Source: Pseudomonadota bacterium (lineage in GTDB: Bacteria; Pseudomonadota; Gammaproteobacteria; Steroidobacterales; Woeseiaceae). From it: a stretch of DNA of 64,000 nt. The stretch's first letter is position 1; every line of letters starts with the position of its first letter. Below are positions 28,318 to 38,602 of this stretch, piece after piece. Made by a program: the position numbers and the translations under genes. The stretch covers positions 20,569-84,568 of the forward strand of contig JBCCCC010000002.1 in assembly GCA_039033695.1 (NCBI GenBank). The letters are read 5' to 3'. The notes beneath the pieces were generated by a model. It did no database searches and was not told the DNA's origin. It saw only the letters and a program-made list of their open reading frames with translations.

Positions 28318-29484
28318 ATGCACCTTAACTTTCGCCTTCTGCTCATCTCGCTCACCTTGCTGCTCACGTTGACACTTAGTGCCTGCGGCGGTGGCGGTGG
28401 CGGTAACGACGATGACACAGCGACGGACGATGACACCACTGCCGAGGCGTCGTCGGCGCAGGACGCAGAAGACGATGAAGACACGCCGGTCATTCCCGTT
28501 GAGGTGATCAACCTGACGCGGGGCAACGTATATGCCGCGTATACAGGCTCGGCCTCGCTCGAGGCGTTTGAGGAGGCAGTGGTCGTGGCCAAGGTCGGCG
28601 GCGAAGTGCGGGAGATCCTGGTTGAAGAAGGTGACCGTGTCGAGAGTGGTGACGTATTAGCTCGGCTTGACGGAGACCGTCTGCGCCTCGAGCTGCAACA
28701 AGCCGAGGCGAACCTTGCCAAATTGCAGCAAGAGTATCAGCGGCAGGTCGAACTCAACGAGCGCGGCCTGGTCGCTGCCAGCGCGTTCGAAACCACCAAA
28801 TACGAGCTCGATGCGCTGCGCGCTGCAAACCGCATGGCAGAGCTTGAGTATCGATACACCACCATTCGTGCGCCAATATCAGGCGTCATTTCACAAAGAG
28901 ATATCAAGGTGGGTAACACGATCGACCGCAACGCAGCCACATTTACGCTGACGGCGTTAGACCCTCTCGTTGCCTACCTGTTTATTCCTGAACGCGAGTT
29001 CGGCCGCATCGCAGCGGGCCAAGCCGTGAAGCTGACGATCGACGCACTGCCAGGTACGCAGTTTGACGGCACGATTGCCCGTATCAGTCCGACCGTTGAT
29101 GCTGAATCAGGCACGTTTAAGGCCACCGTTAAAGTCGACGACGACCAACAACGCGTCAAGCCAGGTATGTTCGGTCGGTTTGCGATCATTTATGACGAGC
29201 AACGCGATGCACTACTGCTGCCACGCGATGCCGTCATTGAAGCGGAGAGCGGCGATAGCGTGTATGTCATCAAGGATGGCGTCGCCTCCAAAGTGCCCGT
29301 TGACACCGGTTACGTCTGGGATCAGCAAGTCGCGATTCTGGATGGGCTGCAGGATGATGACCGGGTCGTCATCGTCGGCCAGGCCGCGTTGCAGGACGGC
29401 ACCAAGGTGCGGGTTATTGGAGATCCGGAACCAGAGACGGCCAACACTGAGTCGACAACGACTGCTGCAACCACCGAAGGCTAG
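28318..29484 (+). CDS. RND efflux periplasmic adaptor (membrane fusion protein), lipoprotein
   Basis: Lipobox LSAC followed by a Gly6 and Asp-rich tether. HlyD/AcrA-type lipoyl, coiled-coil and beta-barrel pattern (TIRAPISGVIS, KPGMFGR). Confidence 0.9.
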   Translation: MHLNFRLLLISLTLLLTLTLSACGGGGGGNDDDTATDDDTTAEASSAQDAEDDEDTPVIPVEVINLTRGNVYAAYTGSASLEAFEEAVVVAKVGGEVREILVEEGDRVESGDVLARLDGDRLRLELQQAEANLAKLQQEYQRQVELNERGLVAASAFETTKYELDALRAANRMAELEYRYTTIRAPISGVISQRDIKVGNTIDRNAATFTLTALDPLVAYLFIPEREFGRIAAGQAVKLTIDALPGTQFDGTIARISPTVDAESGTFKATVKVDDDQQRVKPGMFGRFAIIYDEQRDALLLPRDAVIEAESGDSVYVIKDGVASKVPVDTGYVWDQQVAILDGLQDDDRVVIVGQAALQDGTKVRVIGDPEPETANTESTTTAATTEG

Positions 29485-29488
29485 ATAG

Positions 29489-32400
29489 ATGACCACAAAC
29501 AGCTCGCCGACACAGCGTGGTGGCATGGCGGTTGTGCGCATGGCGACCCAGCGTCCCGTCACTATCTTGATGCTGTTTCTTGCGATCGTGATGTTTGGCT
29601 ATGTGTCGTTGACACGCCTATCCGTCAATCTGCTTCCTGATCTTTCTTATCCGACGCTGACTGTTCGCACAGAGCTGGCCGGTGCTGCGCCACAGGAAGT
29701 GGAAAGCCTGATCACCAAATCGATTGAGGAAGCGGTAGGTACGATCAGCGGTGTGCGGCAAGTCCGCTCAGTATCGAGAACGGGCCAATCGGACGTGACT
29801 GTGGAATTCAATTGGGGCACCGATATGAATTTGGCAAGCGTCGATGTGCGCGAGAAGCTCGATGTCCTGGAGCTGCCGCTGGAAGCACGTCGCCCACTGC
29901 TGCTGCGTTTTGACCCATCCAGTGAGCCCATCATGCGACTGGCGCTCGGCGTATCAGAGGACGCCGATGGGACACTGGACAACGATGAGTTAAAAGCACT
30001 GCGACAGTTTGCCGAAGACGACCTCAAGGACTCTCTGGAGAGTGTCGCCGGTATCGCAGCGGCCAAAGTCAGTGGCGGCCTGGAAGACGAAGTTCAGGTG
30101 CGCGTTGATCAACAGAAGCTGGCACAGCTCAATCTGTCGATCGGGCAAGTCGCCGAGCGGCTGCGCAATGAGAACGTCAACCTTGCCGGTGGTCGCCTTG
30201 AGCAAGGCTTGCGGCGATTCCTGGTGCGCACAATCAACGAGTTTGACTCGGTAGAAGCTTTTGCTGATGCCATCATCGCGACGCGCGACGGCCGATCTAT
30301 CTACCTGCGGGACATCGCCGAAGTCGAACGGGGCTATAAGGATCGCGAAGCAATCACGCGGCTAAATGGCAGCGAAGTCATAGAGCTTGCGCTGTATAAG
30401 GAAGGCGACAGCAATACCGTACTGGTCGCGAGCAACGTCGAACGCCGCCTCGATAGTCTGCGCGACAGCTTGCCCGAAAATCGCTCGCTCACGCTGATCG
30501 CCGATCAGTCTGCATTCATCAGGGCTGCGGTCGATCAGGTCAAAAGTGCCGCAATGTACGGTGGCTTGCTTGCCATTATCGTTCTGTACGGGTTCCTGCA
30601 GAATGCGCGCGCAACGTTCATCATCGGGCTGACAATTCCGATCTCTGTTCTTGGTACGTTCGCGCTCATGCACCTATCAAACTTGAGTCTCAATATCATG
30701 TCGCTGGGTGGTATTGCGTTGGCTATCGGGCTTTTGGTGGACAACGCAATCGTCGTGCTTGAGAACATCGCGGGTAAACGCGAGCAAGGCGTGCCAATCA
30801 TGCAGGCGGCGCAGGAAGGCACGAGTGAGATTGCGGGTGCTGTGTTTGCCGCCACTCTGACCACGATTGCGGTGTTTTTCCCGATGGTATTTGTGACTGG
30901 CATTGCGGGCGAACTCTTCCGCGACCAGTCACTTACCGTGACCTACGCATTGCTGTTCTCACTGCTGCTCGCAATCTTGCTCATTCCAATGCTTGCATCA
31001 TCCGGCGCTCGCGCCGGGTTTACCGAGCAGAGCGAGATTCGCCCGCTCGGATTGTTCGCGCGTGGCTATGCCGCCGTCTTCCGATTGCTGCGCGCCATCG
31101 GCAGTGGCATCGCAACCGTGTCGCGCATTCTGGCGTTGCCCGCGGTTTGGCTATTCTCTGGTCTATACCGGGGCTGCGCGCGGCTATACGAACCTCTGCT
31201 TGGTTGGGCGCTGCGGAATCGAGTGATCGTCTGTCTCGCATCGATCCTGCTCTTCGCGGGCACAATGAGCCTCGTCCCGCGCCTGGGTACCGAGCTGATT
31301 CCACAACTCTCGCAGTCGGAGTTCTCGATCAACCTGCGACTCGCGCCAGGGACGCCGTTGTCGCAAACCGATGACGTGGTTGCCGCGGCGTTCTTGGCGA
31401 CCAAGGGGTTGGACGACATCGTGCGCACATTCTCTGTCACCGGCACCGGCAACAGACTGGACGCCAATCCGGTCGATGCAGGTGAACACACCGGCGTGCT
31501 CACTGTGCAGCTAGCCGCAGGCTCTGGCCGTGAGACAGAAATGCGGGTTATGAATAGCATTCGCGAGGCACTTGATCGCATCCCTGGAATGACCTATGAC
31601 TTCGAGCGGCCGGCATTATTGTCGCTCAGCACGCCTGTCGAAGTCGTGTTCCGTGGCTTTCGACTGGATGACCTGGCGAGTAGCGCAACACAGCTGATGA
31701 CAATCATGGCGCGCGACCCGCGTTACACCGACTTGCGCACCAGTGTTGAAGGCGGCAATCCCGAAATCCAGATCGTGTTTGACCAGGAGCGCGCCGCTGC
31801 ACTGGGCCTGCAAGTACGGGACATCGCGGATAGCGTCGTGACCAACGTACGCGGCAACGTCGCGACCCGATACAGCTGGCGAGACAAGAAGATTGACGTC
31901 ACGGTCAAAAGTGTCGAGACCAACGATGCATCGATTGACGATGTTCGGTCGCTGATCGTGAATCCCGGCAGCGACAGACCCGTGAGTCTGTCAGACGTCG
32001 CGACAATAACACTGGCAACCGGGCCTGCAGAGATTCGCCGCTTCGACCAGGAGCGTGTGGCAGTCGTCTCGGCCGGGCTCGCTTACGGCGATCTCGGGAC
32101 GGCAGCCGATGACATTCGCGTCCTGCTGGGCGATATGGATTTGCCTCGGGGTGTCGCGGCCGATGTTCTGGGTCAGAGCGAAGACATGCAAGAATCCCTG
32201 GCATCGATGCAATTCACATTGATATTGGCAGTTTTCTTGGTCTACCTTGTCATGGCATCGCAGTTCGAATCGTTGATACACCCGTTCGTGATTCTTTTCA
32301 CGATCCCGCTTGCCCTGGTTGGCGTTGTCTGGGCACTGTTGCTCACCGGCACTACCGTGAACGTTGTGGCCTTCATCGGCATTATCATGCTCGCTGGCAT

Positions 32401-32740
32401 TGTCGTGAACAATGCGATCGTCTTGATCGATACGATCAATCAAATGCGCCGCACTGGCACCGAGAAGACTGACGCCATTCGTGCAGCGGCCAGGTCACGG
32501 CTGCGCCCTATTCTCATGACGACACTCACCACGGCACTGGGATTGCTACCAATGGCGCTAGGCTTTGGCGAGGGCTCAGAGGTACGCACGCCCATGGCCA
32601 TTGCGGTTATCGGCGGGCTGGTGACCTCGACCTTGCTCACGTTGGTTGTGATACCAGTGGTTTATAGTATTTTTGATCGCGCCAAAGCGCTGCGTCCAAT
32701 CGATACAAGCGCGCCTCAAACGACGATGGGTACCGTATGA
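29489..32740 (+). CDS. RND efflux permease (AcrB/MdtB-like), 1083 aa
   Basis: Typical N-terminus RPVTILMLFLAIVMFG..LPDLSYPTLTV. 12-TM architecture with LVDNAIVVLENI and VVNNAIVLID motifs. Confidence 0.92.
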   Translation: MTTNSSPTQRGGMAVVRMATQRPVTILMLFLAIVMFGYVSLTRLSVNLLPDLSYPTLTVRTELAGAAPQEVESLITKSIEEAVGTISGVRQVRSVSRTGQSDVTVEFNWGTDMNLASVDVREKLDVLELPLEARRPLLLRFDPSSEPIMRLALGVSEDADGTLDNDELKALRQFAEDDLKDSLESVAGIAAAKVSGGLEDEVQVRVDQQKLAQLNLSIGQVAERLRNENVNLAGGRLEQGLRRFLVRTINEFDSVEAFADAIIATRDGRSIYLRDIAEVERGYKDREAITRLNGSEVIELALYKEGDSNTVLVASNVERRLDSLRDSLPENRSLTLIADQSAFIRAAVDQVKSAAMYGGLLAIIVLYGFLQNARATFIIGLTIPISVLGTFALMHLSNLSLNIMSLGGIALAIGLLVDNAIVVLENIAGKREQGVPIMQAAQEGTSEIAGAVFAATLTTIAVFFPMVFVTGIAGELFRDQSLTVTYALLFSLLLAILLIPMLASSGARAGFTEQSEIRPLGLFARGYAAVFRLLRAIGSGIATVSRILALPAVWLFSGLYRGCARLYEPLLGWALRNRVIVCLASILLFAGTMSLVPRLGTELIPQLSQSEFSINLRLAPGTPLSQTDDVVAAAFLATKGLDDIVRTFSVTGTGNRLDANPVDAGEHTGVLTVQLAAGSGRETEMRVMNSIREALDRIPGMTYDFERPALLSLSTPVEVVFRGFRLDDLASSATQLMTIMARDPRYTDLRTSVEGGNPEIQIVFDQERAAALGLQVRDIADSVVTNVRGNVATRYSWRDKKIDVTVKSVETNDASIDDVRSLIVNPGSDRPVSLSDVATITLATGPAEIRRFDQERVAVVSAGLAYGDLGTAADDIRVLLGDMDLPRGVAADVLGQSEDMQESLASMQFTLILAVFLVYLVMASQFESLIHPFVILFTIPLALVGVVWALLLTGTTVNVVAFIGIIMLAGIVVNNAIVLIDTINQMRRTGTEKTDAIRAAARSRLRPILMTTLTTALGLLPMALGFGEGSEVRTPMAIAVIGGLVTSTLLTLVVIPVVYSIFDRAKALRPIDTSAPQTTMGTV

Positions 32741-35700
32741 TCCACACCCGCTTTTCGCTGGCACGACCAGTCACCATTACGATGATCTTCGCCGCATTGG
32801 CGGCAATCGGGATTATCTCATCGCGACTCTTGCCACTCGAAGAGTTTCCGGACATCGAGTGGCCCGGCTTCTTTATCAACATTCCTTATGACGGATCTAC
32901 GCCGCAGGAAACAGAACGGCAAATCACTCGTCCCGCTGAGGAAGCACTGGCAACGCTGCCTGGCGTGCAACAGATGTTCTCGTCGTCGCGCGAGGACAAC
33001 AGCCAGATCTGGATGCAGTACGGGTTTAACTCCAACGCCAAGACCGCTGCCGTAGAGGCGCGTGTCAAGCTCGATGCGATAAGAGACCAACTGCCTACGG
33101 ATCTCGAACGTATTCAGGTTTTCAGCGGCTCGATGAACGACCGTCCAATCATGAACCTACGTGTCTCAAGCGACCGTGATCTGTCAACTGAGTACGAATT
33201 GCTCGATCGTTTCGTCAAACGTCGGATCGAGAGACTGGAAGGCGTATCGCAGGTCGAGATCCAAGGGGTCGAACCGCCAGAAGTGCGTATTCGGCTGGAC
33301 TCGGGTCGCGTCACCGCGCATGGCATTAACTTGAACGAGCTGGCGGAGCAGCTACGTCGTGCCAACTTTGCCGTCAGCGCCGGTCAGATTACCGCTGGCA
33401 ATGAGCGCTGGTCGCTACGGCCAAATGGCGAGTTCCGCAGCCTTGATGACGTGCGTCGGCTCGTAATCGATGGGCGTAACCTGCGGCTCGGGGATATTGC
33501 CACAGTTACCCAGCAACCGCGCGAACGCACTTATGGCCGCCATCTGGACGGCAACTACGCCATTGGCATATCCGTCAGCCGCGCAACCGGATACAACATG
33601 GTCGACGTGTCTGACCGGGTAAAGGAAGAAGTGCGACGTATTGGCGAGCTACCTGCCATGCAAGGTGTGCAAATCTTCGATCTTGACAATCAGGCTGAGT
33701 CGGTTCGTAGTGGCCTGCGGGATCTCGTCACGTCAGGAATCATCGGTGCGCTGCTAGCGATCGTGGTGCTGTACTTCTTCCTGCGGCATATTACGTCAAC
33801 GCTGATCGTCACGATGTCGGTGCCTCTGTCGCTGATCATCACACTGGGCGCCATGTATTTTCTTGGTTTGTCGATCAACATACTGACGCTCATGGGGCTG
33901 ATGCTCGCCGTCGGCATGTTGGTGGACAACTCCGTCGTGGTCACAGAGAGCATCTTCCGTTATCGACAGATGAAACCCGATGACCCGGAAGGCGCCACGA
34001 TGCGGGGTGTCAAGGAAGTTGGCATCGCCGTGATTGCCAGCACGGCAACGTCGATCTGCGTGTTTGTGCCAATCGTGTTTGGTGAGCAAATTGACATCAT
34101 GGTGTTCCTGCAACACGTTGGCATCACGATCTCCGTGGCGATCGTCTGTTCGCTGGTCGTTGCACAAACGCTGATACCACTGCTGGCCAGCAAACTGAAA
34201 GCCGTGCCCGCCCAAGCCAAAGGGAGCAGTGTGGACCGCCTGACCAATGGTTACACCGCCCTGCTCTCTCGCATCGTCAATGCGCGCGGCTGGCGCAGGC
34301 TAATCGCTGCCTTCGTTGCCATCTCGATCCTCGGATCTATTGCAATCCCGATGGGCGCCGGATGGCTTAAGGTCGACATGTTCCCAGAGGAACCGAGTCG
34401 GCGGCTATTCATGCCGTATAACGTCAATGATTATTACTCATTGGAGCGCACCGAGCAGGCCGTGCGCCGAATTGAAGGTTATCTGCTGGAAAACAAGGAG
34501 CGGCTCAATATTCGCTCGGTATACTCATATTGGGACTTGTTCCGTGCTGAGACCACGATCCTGCTCACTGAAGGTAGCGAAATTACCAAAGATGCCAGAA
34601 CGATCATGGATATCATCCTAGAGGAAAAGCCTGACATTGCCATTGGTGCGCCCAGCTTCCAACGCCAGAACCAGGGCATGGGCGAAGGGTTCAGTGTTTA
34701 CCTGAAAGGTGAGTCAACCGAGCAACTGACTGACCTCACGCGTGAGGCTTATGCGATCTTGCAAAATGTCGACGGCCTGGAGGACTTCAGCACGGATATC
34801 ACGGCGGGTCAGCGAGAAGTCCAGATTCGTCTGGACCGTGAGAAGGCTGCCCGTTACGGTTTGACCGCACAGACTGTCGGACAAGCCGTGTCGGTCGCCT
34901 TGCGCGGTGAACGCTTGCGCGAGTTTCGCAGTCAGGATGGTGAGATTGAGATGCGTCTGGCGTTTCGTGATGATGATCGTCAGTCGATCGAACAACTAGG
35001 CAATCTCATCGTGCCTGGTGTTGATGCCGATGGTGAAATAACTGCGGTACCGCTCTATCGAATCGCGCAACTCAATGAGAAACGCGGTATTCGCAATATC
35101 AATCGAACCGACCGTCGAACGTCAATCGCGATCAACGCTGCGTTGTCGACGGATGCGACACTCGAAGAAGTGCGCCCACATGTGGAAGCCGTGATGAATC
35201 AGATCGCGTTGCCACCCGGTTATGAATGGAGTTTCGGACGCGGTTTTGATCGCGCCGAGCAGACCCGCAATATCTTTGTCGAGAACATCCTGCTCGGCGT
35301 CTTGTTGATCTTGATCGTCATGGCGGCACTCTTCGAATCGCTGCTCTACCCGTTGTCGATCATGGTGTCCTTGGTGTACTCATTTGTCGGTGTCGTGTGG
35401 TTCATGACACTTACTGGAACCACAATGACGTTCATGGCGATGATCGGGCTCATGATCTTGATCGGGGTCGTGGTGAACAATGGCATTGTGCTCGTCGATC
35501 ACATCAATAACCTGCGTCGGGAAGGTATGCCCCGTGATCAAGCCGTAGTAGCCGGCGCGCGCGACCGTCTACGGCCAATCCTCATGACCGCCGCAACAAC
35601 CATCCTTGGTCTTACGCCCCTCGCCTTTGGGGACACGCAGGTCGGTGCCGGTGGCCCAGCCTATTATCCCATGGCGCGCGCCATTATCGGCGGCCTGGCG

Positions 35701-35826
35701 TTTTCGACCGTCGTGTCGTTGTTCGTAGTGCCGATGGTCTATATCGGGTTGGACAAATTCAAGAACTGGAGCGCGAGTATCTGGCGCGGCTCGGATCGCT
35801 CGGCGCTCGCCGAAGCTACACGATAA
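32737..35826 (+). CDS. Second RND efflux permease (AcrB/MdtC-like), 1029 aa
   Basis: ATGA overlap with the previous permease. RPVTITMIFAALAAIG, LVDNSVVVTESI and VVNNGIVLVDHI motifs. Confidence 0.92.
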   Translation: MIHTRFSLARPVTITMIFAALAAIGIISSRLLPLEEFPDIEWPGFFINIPYDGSTPQETERQITRPAEEALATLPGVQQMFSSSREDNSQIWMQYGFNSNAKTAAVEARVKLDAIRDQLPTDLERIQVFSGSMNDRPIMNLRVSSDRDLSTEYELLDRFVKRRIERLEGVSQVEIQGVEPPEVRIRLDSGRVTAHGINLNELAEQLRRANFAVSAGQITAGNERWSLRPNGEFRSLDDVRRLVIDGRNLRLGDIATVTQQPRERTYGRHLDGNYAIGISVSRATGYNMVDVSDRVKEEVRRIGELPAMQGVQIFDLDNQAESVRSGLRDLVTSGIIGALLAIVVLYFFLRHITSTLIVTMSVPLSLIITLGAMYFLGLSINILTLMGLMLAVGMLVDNSVVVTESIFRYRQMKPDDPEGATMRGVKEVGIAVIASTATSICVFVPIVFGEQIDIMVFLQHVGITISVAIVCSLVVAQTLIPLLASKLKAVPAQAKGSSVDRLTNGYTALLSRIVNARGWRRLIAAFVAISILGSIAIPMGAGWLKVDMFPEEPSRRLFMPYNVNDYYSLERTEQAVRRIEGYLLENKERLNIRSVYSYWDLFRAETTILLTEGSEITKDARTIMDIILEEKPDIAIGAPSFQRQNQGMGEGFSVYLKGESTEQLTDLTREAYAILQNVDGLEDFSTDITAGQREVQIRLDREKAARYGLTAQTVGQAVSVALRGERLREFRSQDGEIEMRLAFRDDDRQSIEQLGNLIVPGVDADGEITAVPLYRIAQLNEKRGIRNINRTDRRTSIAINAALSTDATLEEVRPHVEAVMNQIALPPGYEWSFGRGFDRAEQTRNIFVENILLGVLLILIVMAALFESLLYPLSIMVSLVYSFVGVVWFMTLTGTTMTFMAMIGLMILIGVVVNNGIVLVDHINNLRREGMPRDQAVVAGARDRLRPILMTAATTILGLTPLAFGDTQVGAGGPAYYPMARAIIGGLAFSTVVSLFVVPMVYIGLDKFKNWSASIWRGSDRSALAEATR

Positions 35827-36868
35827 ATGCGCGCGAGACAGACCATACATCGTTATCGGTAACGGCCCGCGGTTCTGCAAAGTACTGGGACACCAGCAGG
35901 TCGGGCTCGCTTGCCAGCGCCTGCTCCACGGTCACCTCAAAGGGCTCCGGGATCACGGACGTCTCGCTGGCATAACGCGCGAAACGCGACAGGTGCTTCG
36001 CCTGGCGCGCCAGATGAGCACGAAACTCGGGTTGCGACTCTAACTCCACCAACGCCCGGAACGTGTTCTCGGTCAAGCGCATGATGCGCTCACACTCGAC
36101 ATCGTCGCCGTAGTCAATCGCGCCGACGTCTTTGCTAATCGCAGTGGCCGCGCGCGCGACCAGGCCCGCCTCCTCGAAGTGCGCATACAGAAACTGTGCA
36201 AGCGCAAGAACATGCAAATTGATGGAACGCTTGTCGTCAACCGTTAGCGCTTCGGCCGCTGGCGCACGCGTGTTTTTCAACTGTCGATGGCGCTCAATTG
36301 TCGCGTTGTGCGCGATCAACTGGGCTTGTAGCTCGCTGCCGAGCGATTTGCCTTCCTGCTTCAGACGGCGAGCTCGAAGCCAGCCCCATAAGCGAGCGCC
36401 ATGTTGCAACTCGTCATTGTTCTTTGAGATCGCCGCTTTGATCGTGAGGATCGACTGTTTCTCGTCGACCAACAACTGCTCAAGCTCGGCAAGCTGCTGG
36501 CGGCGCTGCTCCTGCCAGGTCTCGATCGCCATCACCTGGCGCCTGCCTGCGATGCGGCGTGACATGTCGTTGGCAGTATCGGACAGGCGTTTGGCGCAAC
36601 GGCGCCACAATCCACGCAAGTGGTAGAACACCATAGTTCCAACGGCCGTGTTGCCATCGGTCAACAGGCCCTCGAGATATTCGAGTCGAATGCGCAGCTG
36701 TTCCGCTTGCGCCTCAGATGATTCAAGCGCCTTCTCGAGCTCGCGTCGTTCGCGGCGCAGCTGCGCAAATGACTTTTTCAGCTCGACGCGGTTCGAGAAC
36801 AACTCGAGCAGTCGTTCCTGATCACCGTCGTCCCGATTGTCTTCTTTGAATAACGCGCTGAATGCCAT
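35816..36868 (-). CDS. Coiled-coil-rich hypothetical protein (350 aa)
   Basis: Long ORF with heptad-like charged N-terminal half (ELKKSFAQLRRERRELEKALESSEAQAEQLRIRLEYLE). No family recognised. Its 3' end overlaps the RND gene by 11 nt. Confidence 0.6.
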   Translation of the reverse strand: MAFSALFKEDNRDDGDQERLLELFSNRVELKKSFAQLRRERRELEKALESSEAQAEQLRIRLEYLEGLLTDGNTAVGTMVFYHLRGLWRRCAKRLSDTANDMSRRIAGRRQVMAIETWQEQRRQQLAELEQLLVDEKQSILTIKAAISKNNDELQHGARLWGWLRARRLKQEGKSLGSELQAQLIAHNATIERHRQLKNTRAPAAEALTVDDKRSINLHVLALAQFLYAHFEEAGLVARAATAISKDVGAIDYGDDVECERIMRLTENTFRALVELESQPEFRAHLARQAKHLSRFARYASETSVIPEPFEVTVEQALASEPDLLVSQYFAEPRAVTDNDVWSVSRAFIV

Positions 36869-37003
36869 TGGCTGACCCCGCCGAAATGCCGTTCTATAAC
36901 GGCCACTTTCAACGTCAAATCATTGCACATAATGCGGGAGCGTTGACTAGACGCAGCGCACAATTTGGGCAGTTGGAAGGCGGGCCGTGCGGCGCTGGTC
37001 GGG

Positions 37004-37516
37004 CTAGTCTGGGCTGCTCTGAACCAGCTGATGGCCGGCATCAAGACAAAACTCAAGCCACTTGTTCAGCATCATGTTGCGCCGCCATCGCAAGTCGAGT
37101 TCTTCGCTATGCGATGCGGCTATGCGGCGCAATACCGCGTGACGATGGTTGGACGTCAGGCTCATCACCTCGGCCAGATGGCCGTCAAAATAGACGCGCA
37201 ATCGAAGATCTGGATCGGCGAGTAGCGCCCCTGTTTGTCCGACATCAACCAAGCCACTTACCGGCGACAACTGATCGTCATCGCCGGCAAACAAATACGT
37301 AAGCTGTAAGGTACAGGTGTAGCGTGTGCGCTCGATGACATCCAGGTGCAGGGGAAGGTCTGCATCGCTATGTGAACACGCTGTCCCGGTGATCTTGTGC
37401 AGCTCCGGCACCAGGCGCGTCAGCCGAATGAAATTACTCTCATAGACGCTCATCAAACCTGCGAAAGAACGCGGTTTGACCAGAGTTTGCGGCACGATGA
37501 GACTGTCAGGTTGCAT
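37004..37516 (-). CDS. DUF1249 (YqiB-like) protein
   Basis: Collinear with E. coli YqiB: YESNFIRLTRLVPEL, RLRVYFDGHLAEVMS and NKWLEFCLDAGH. Confidence 0.75.
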   Translation of the reverse strand: MQPDSLIVPQTLVKPRSFAGLMSVYESNFIRLTRLVPELHKITGTACSHSDADLPLHLDVIERTRYTCTLQLTYLFAGDDDQLSPVSGLVDVGQTGALLADPDLRLRVYFDGHLAEVMSLTSNHRHAVLRRIAASHSEELDLRWRRNMMLNKWLEFCLDAGHQLVQSSPD

Positions 37517-37590
37517 GGTGTGATTCTAGCATAGGGCGCTTAAACGCATGTCGCACAGAACGCGTTCGCAATTCTCGACAAGCATCTGCG

Positions 37591-38415
37591 CTACGGTCGT
37601 ACACGACGCTCGACGCCGGTCGTCTCAAGGATCCGACTGGCAATTTCCTCAATCGAGAATTCCGTCGTATCAACATACGGAATTTTGTATTTGTTGAACA
37701 ATGCAGCCGCGGCTCGGAGCTCGAAATTGACCTGCTGGGCACTGGCATAACGTCCAGCCGCACGACGCTCCTTACGAATCTGTTGCAGACGTTTGGGGTT
37801 GATCGTCAGCCCATAGAGCTTCTTGCGATTGGCGATCAGTCGTTCCGGTAGTGTGCCGCTTTCAAACTCGTCCTCCGTCAACGGAAAATTTGCTGCGTAC
37901 ACGCCATATTGAAGCGCAAGATACAGGCATGTCGGCGTCTTACCCGATCGCGAGACACCTAGCAGAATGACATCTGCCTGTTCATAGTTGCGAATGGCAC
38001 CACCATCATCATTGGCCAATGCGTAGTTGGTCGCCTCGATCCGCTTCATGTAGGTATCGGTGTCAGACATCCCGTGGGCACGCCCGGCCTCATGCGAGGC
38101 CGTGGTGGCTAGCTCGGTCTCGAGACTGCCGACGAATGCATCGAAAATATCAAGATACAGCCCGTCCGCTGTCTTAATGATCTCCCGCAAGTCATCATGG
38201 ACCAGAGAGCTAAATACAATCGGCCGCTCTTCGTCGTTGGTCGCCGCCTGATTGATCTTGCGCTTGAGCTCCTCAGCACGCGCCGGGGAGTCGACGAAGG
38301 GCACAGTCACCTGGCGGAACTCCGCCGTCGCAAACTGGGTCAGCAGGCTATGTCCGAGGGTTTCGGCGGTGACACCTGTCTGATCGGAAATAAAAAACAC
38401 GGTTCGTTGTGACAT
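37591..38415 (-). CDS. ppsR: Phosphoenolpyruvate synthase regulatory protein (bifunctional kinase/pyrophosphorylase)
   Basis: MSQRTVFFISDQTGVTAETLGHSLLTQF and GVSRSGKTPTCLYLA. Divergent from ppsA. Start placed at the ATG at 38415. Confidence 0.9.
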   Translation of the reverse strand: MSQRTVFFISDQTGVTAETLGHSLLTQFATAEFRQVTVPFVDSPARAEELKRKINQAATNDEERPIVFSSLVHDDLREIIKTADGLYLDIFDAFVGSLETELATTASHEAGRAHGMSDTDTYMKRIEATNYALANDDGGAIRNYEQADVILLGVSRSGKTPTCLYLALQYGVYAANFPLTEDEFESGTLPERLIANRKKLYGLTINPKRLQQIRKERRAAGRYASAQQVNFELRAAAALFNKYKIPYVDTTEFSIEEIASRILETTGVERRVRP

Positions 38416-38602
38416 AAATGGCTCTTTGCACACCGGTGCAACGCCTAACCATAGCGCACATTCGGCGCCGCGCGAACGATGCACAGCCCGCTGACCGCGT
38501 CAACAAGCGTTTTCTCGGTTCACTCGCTATAATGACGGGCTAAAACTGGCTACCGGCGTTGCCGACAGGCGCCGCCGCACAACATCAATAAGCGAGCAAC
38601 CC

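Noticed and set aside
36888-36903. Perfect 6-bp hairpin gccgtt-ctat-aacggc in the 5' region of the coiled-coil gene, with TTGACG and TATAGA-like hexamers nearby.
   Set aside because: The stem is too short to assign a function, and the hexamer spacing (14-15 nt) is poor for a sigma-70 promoter.
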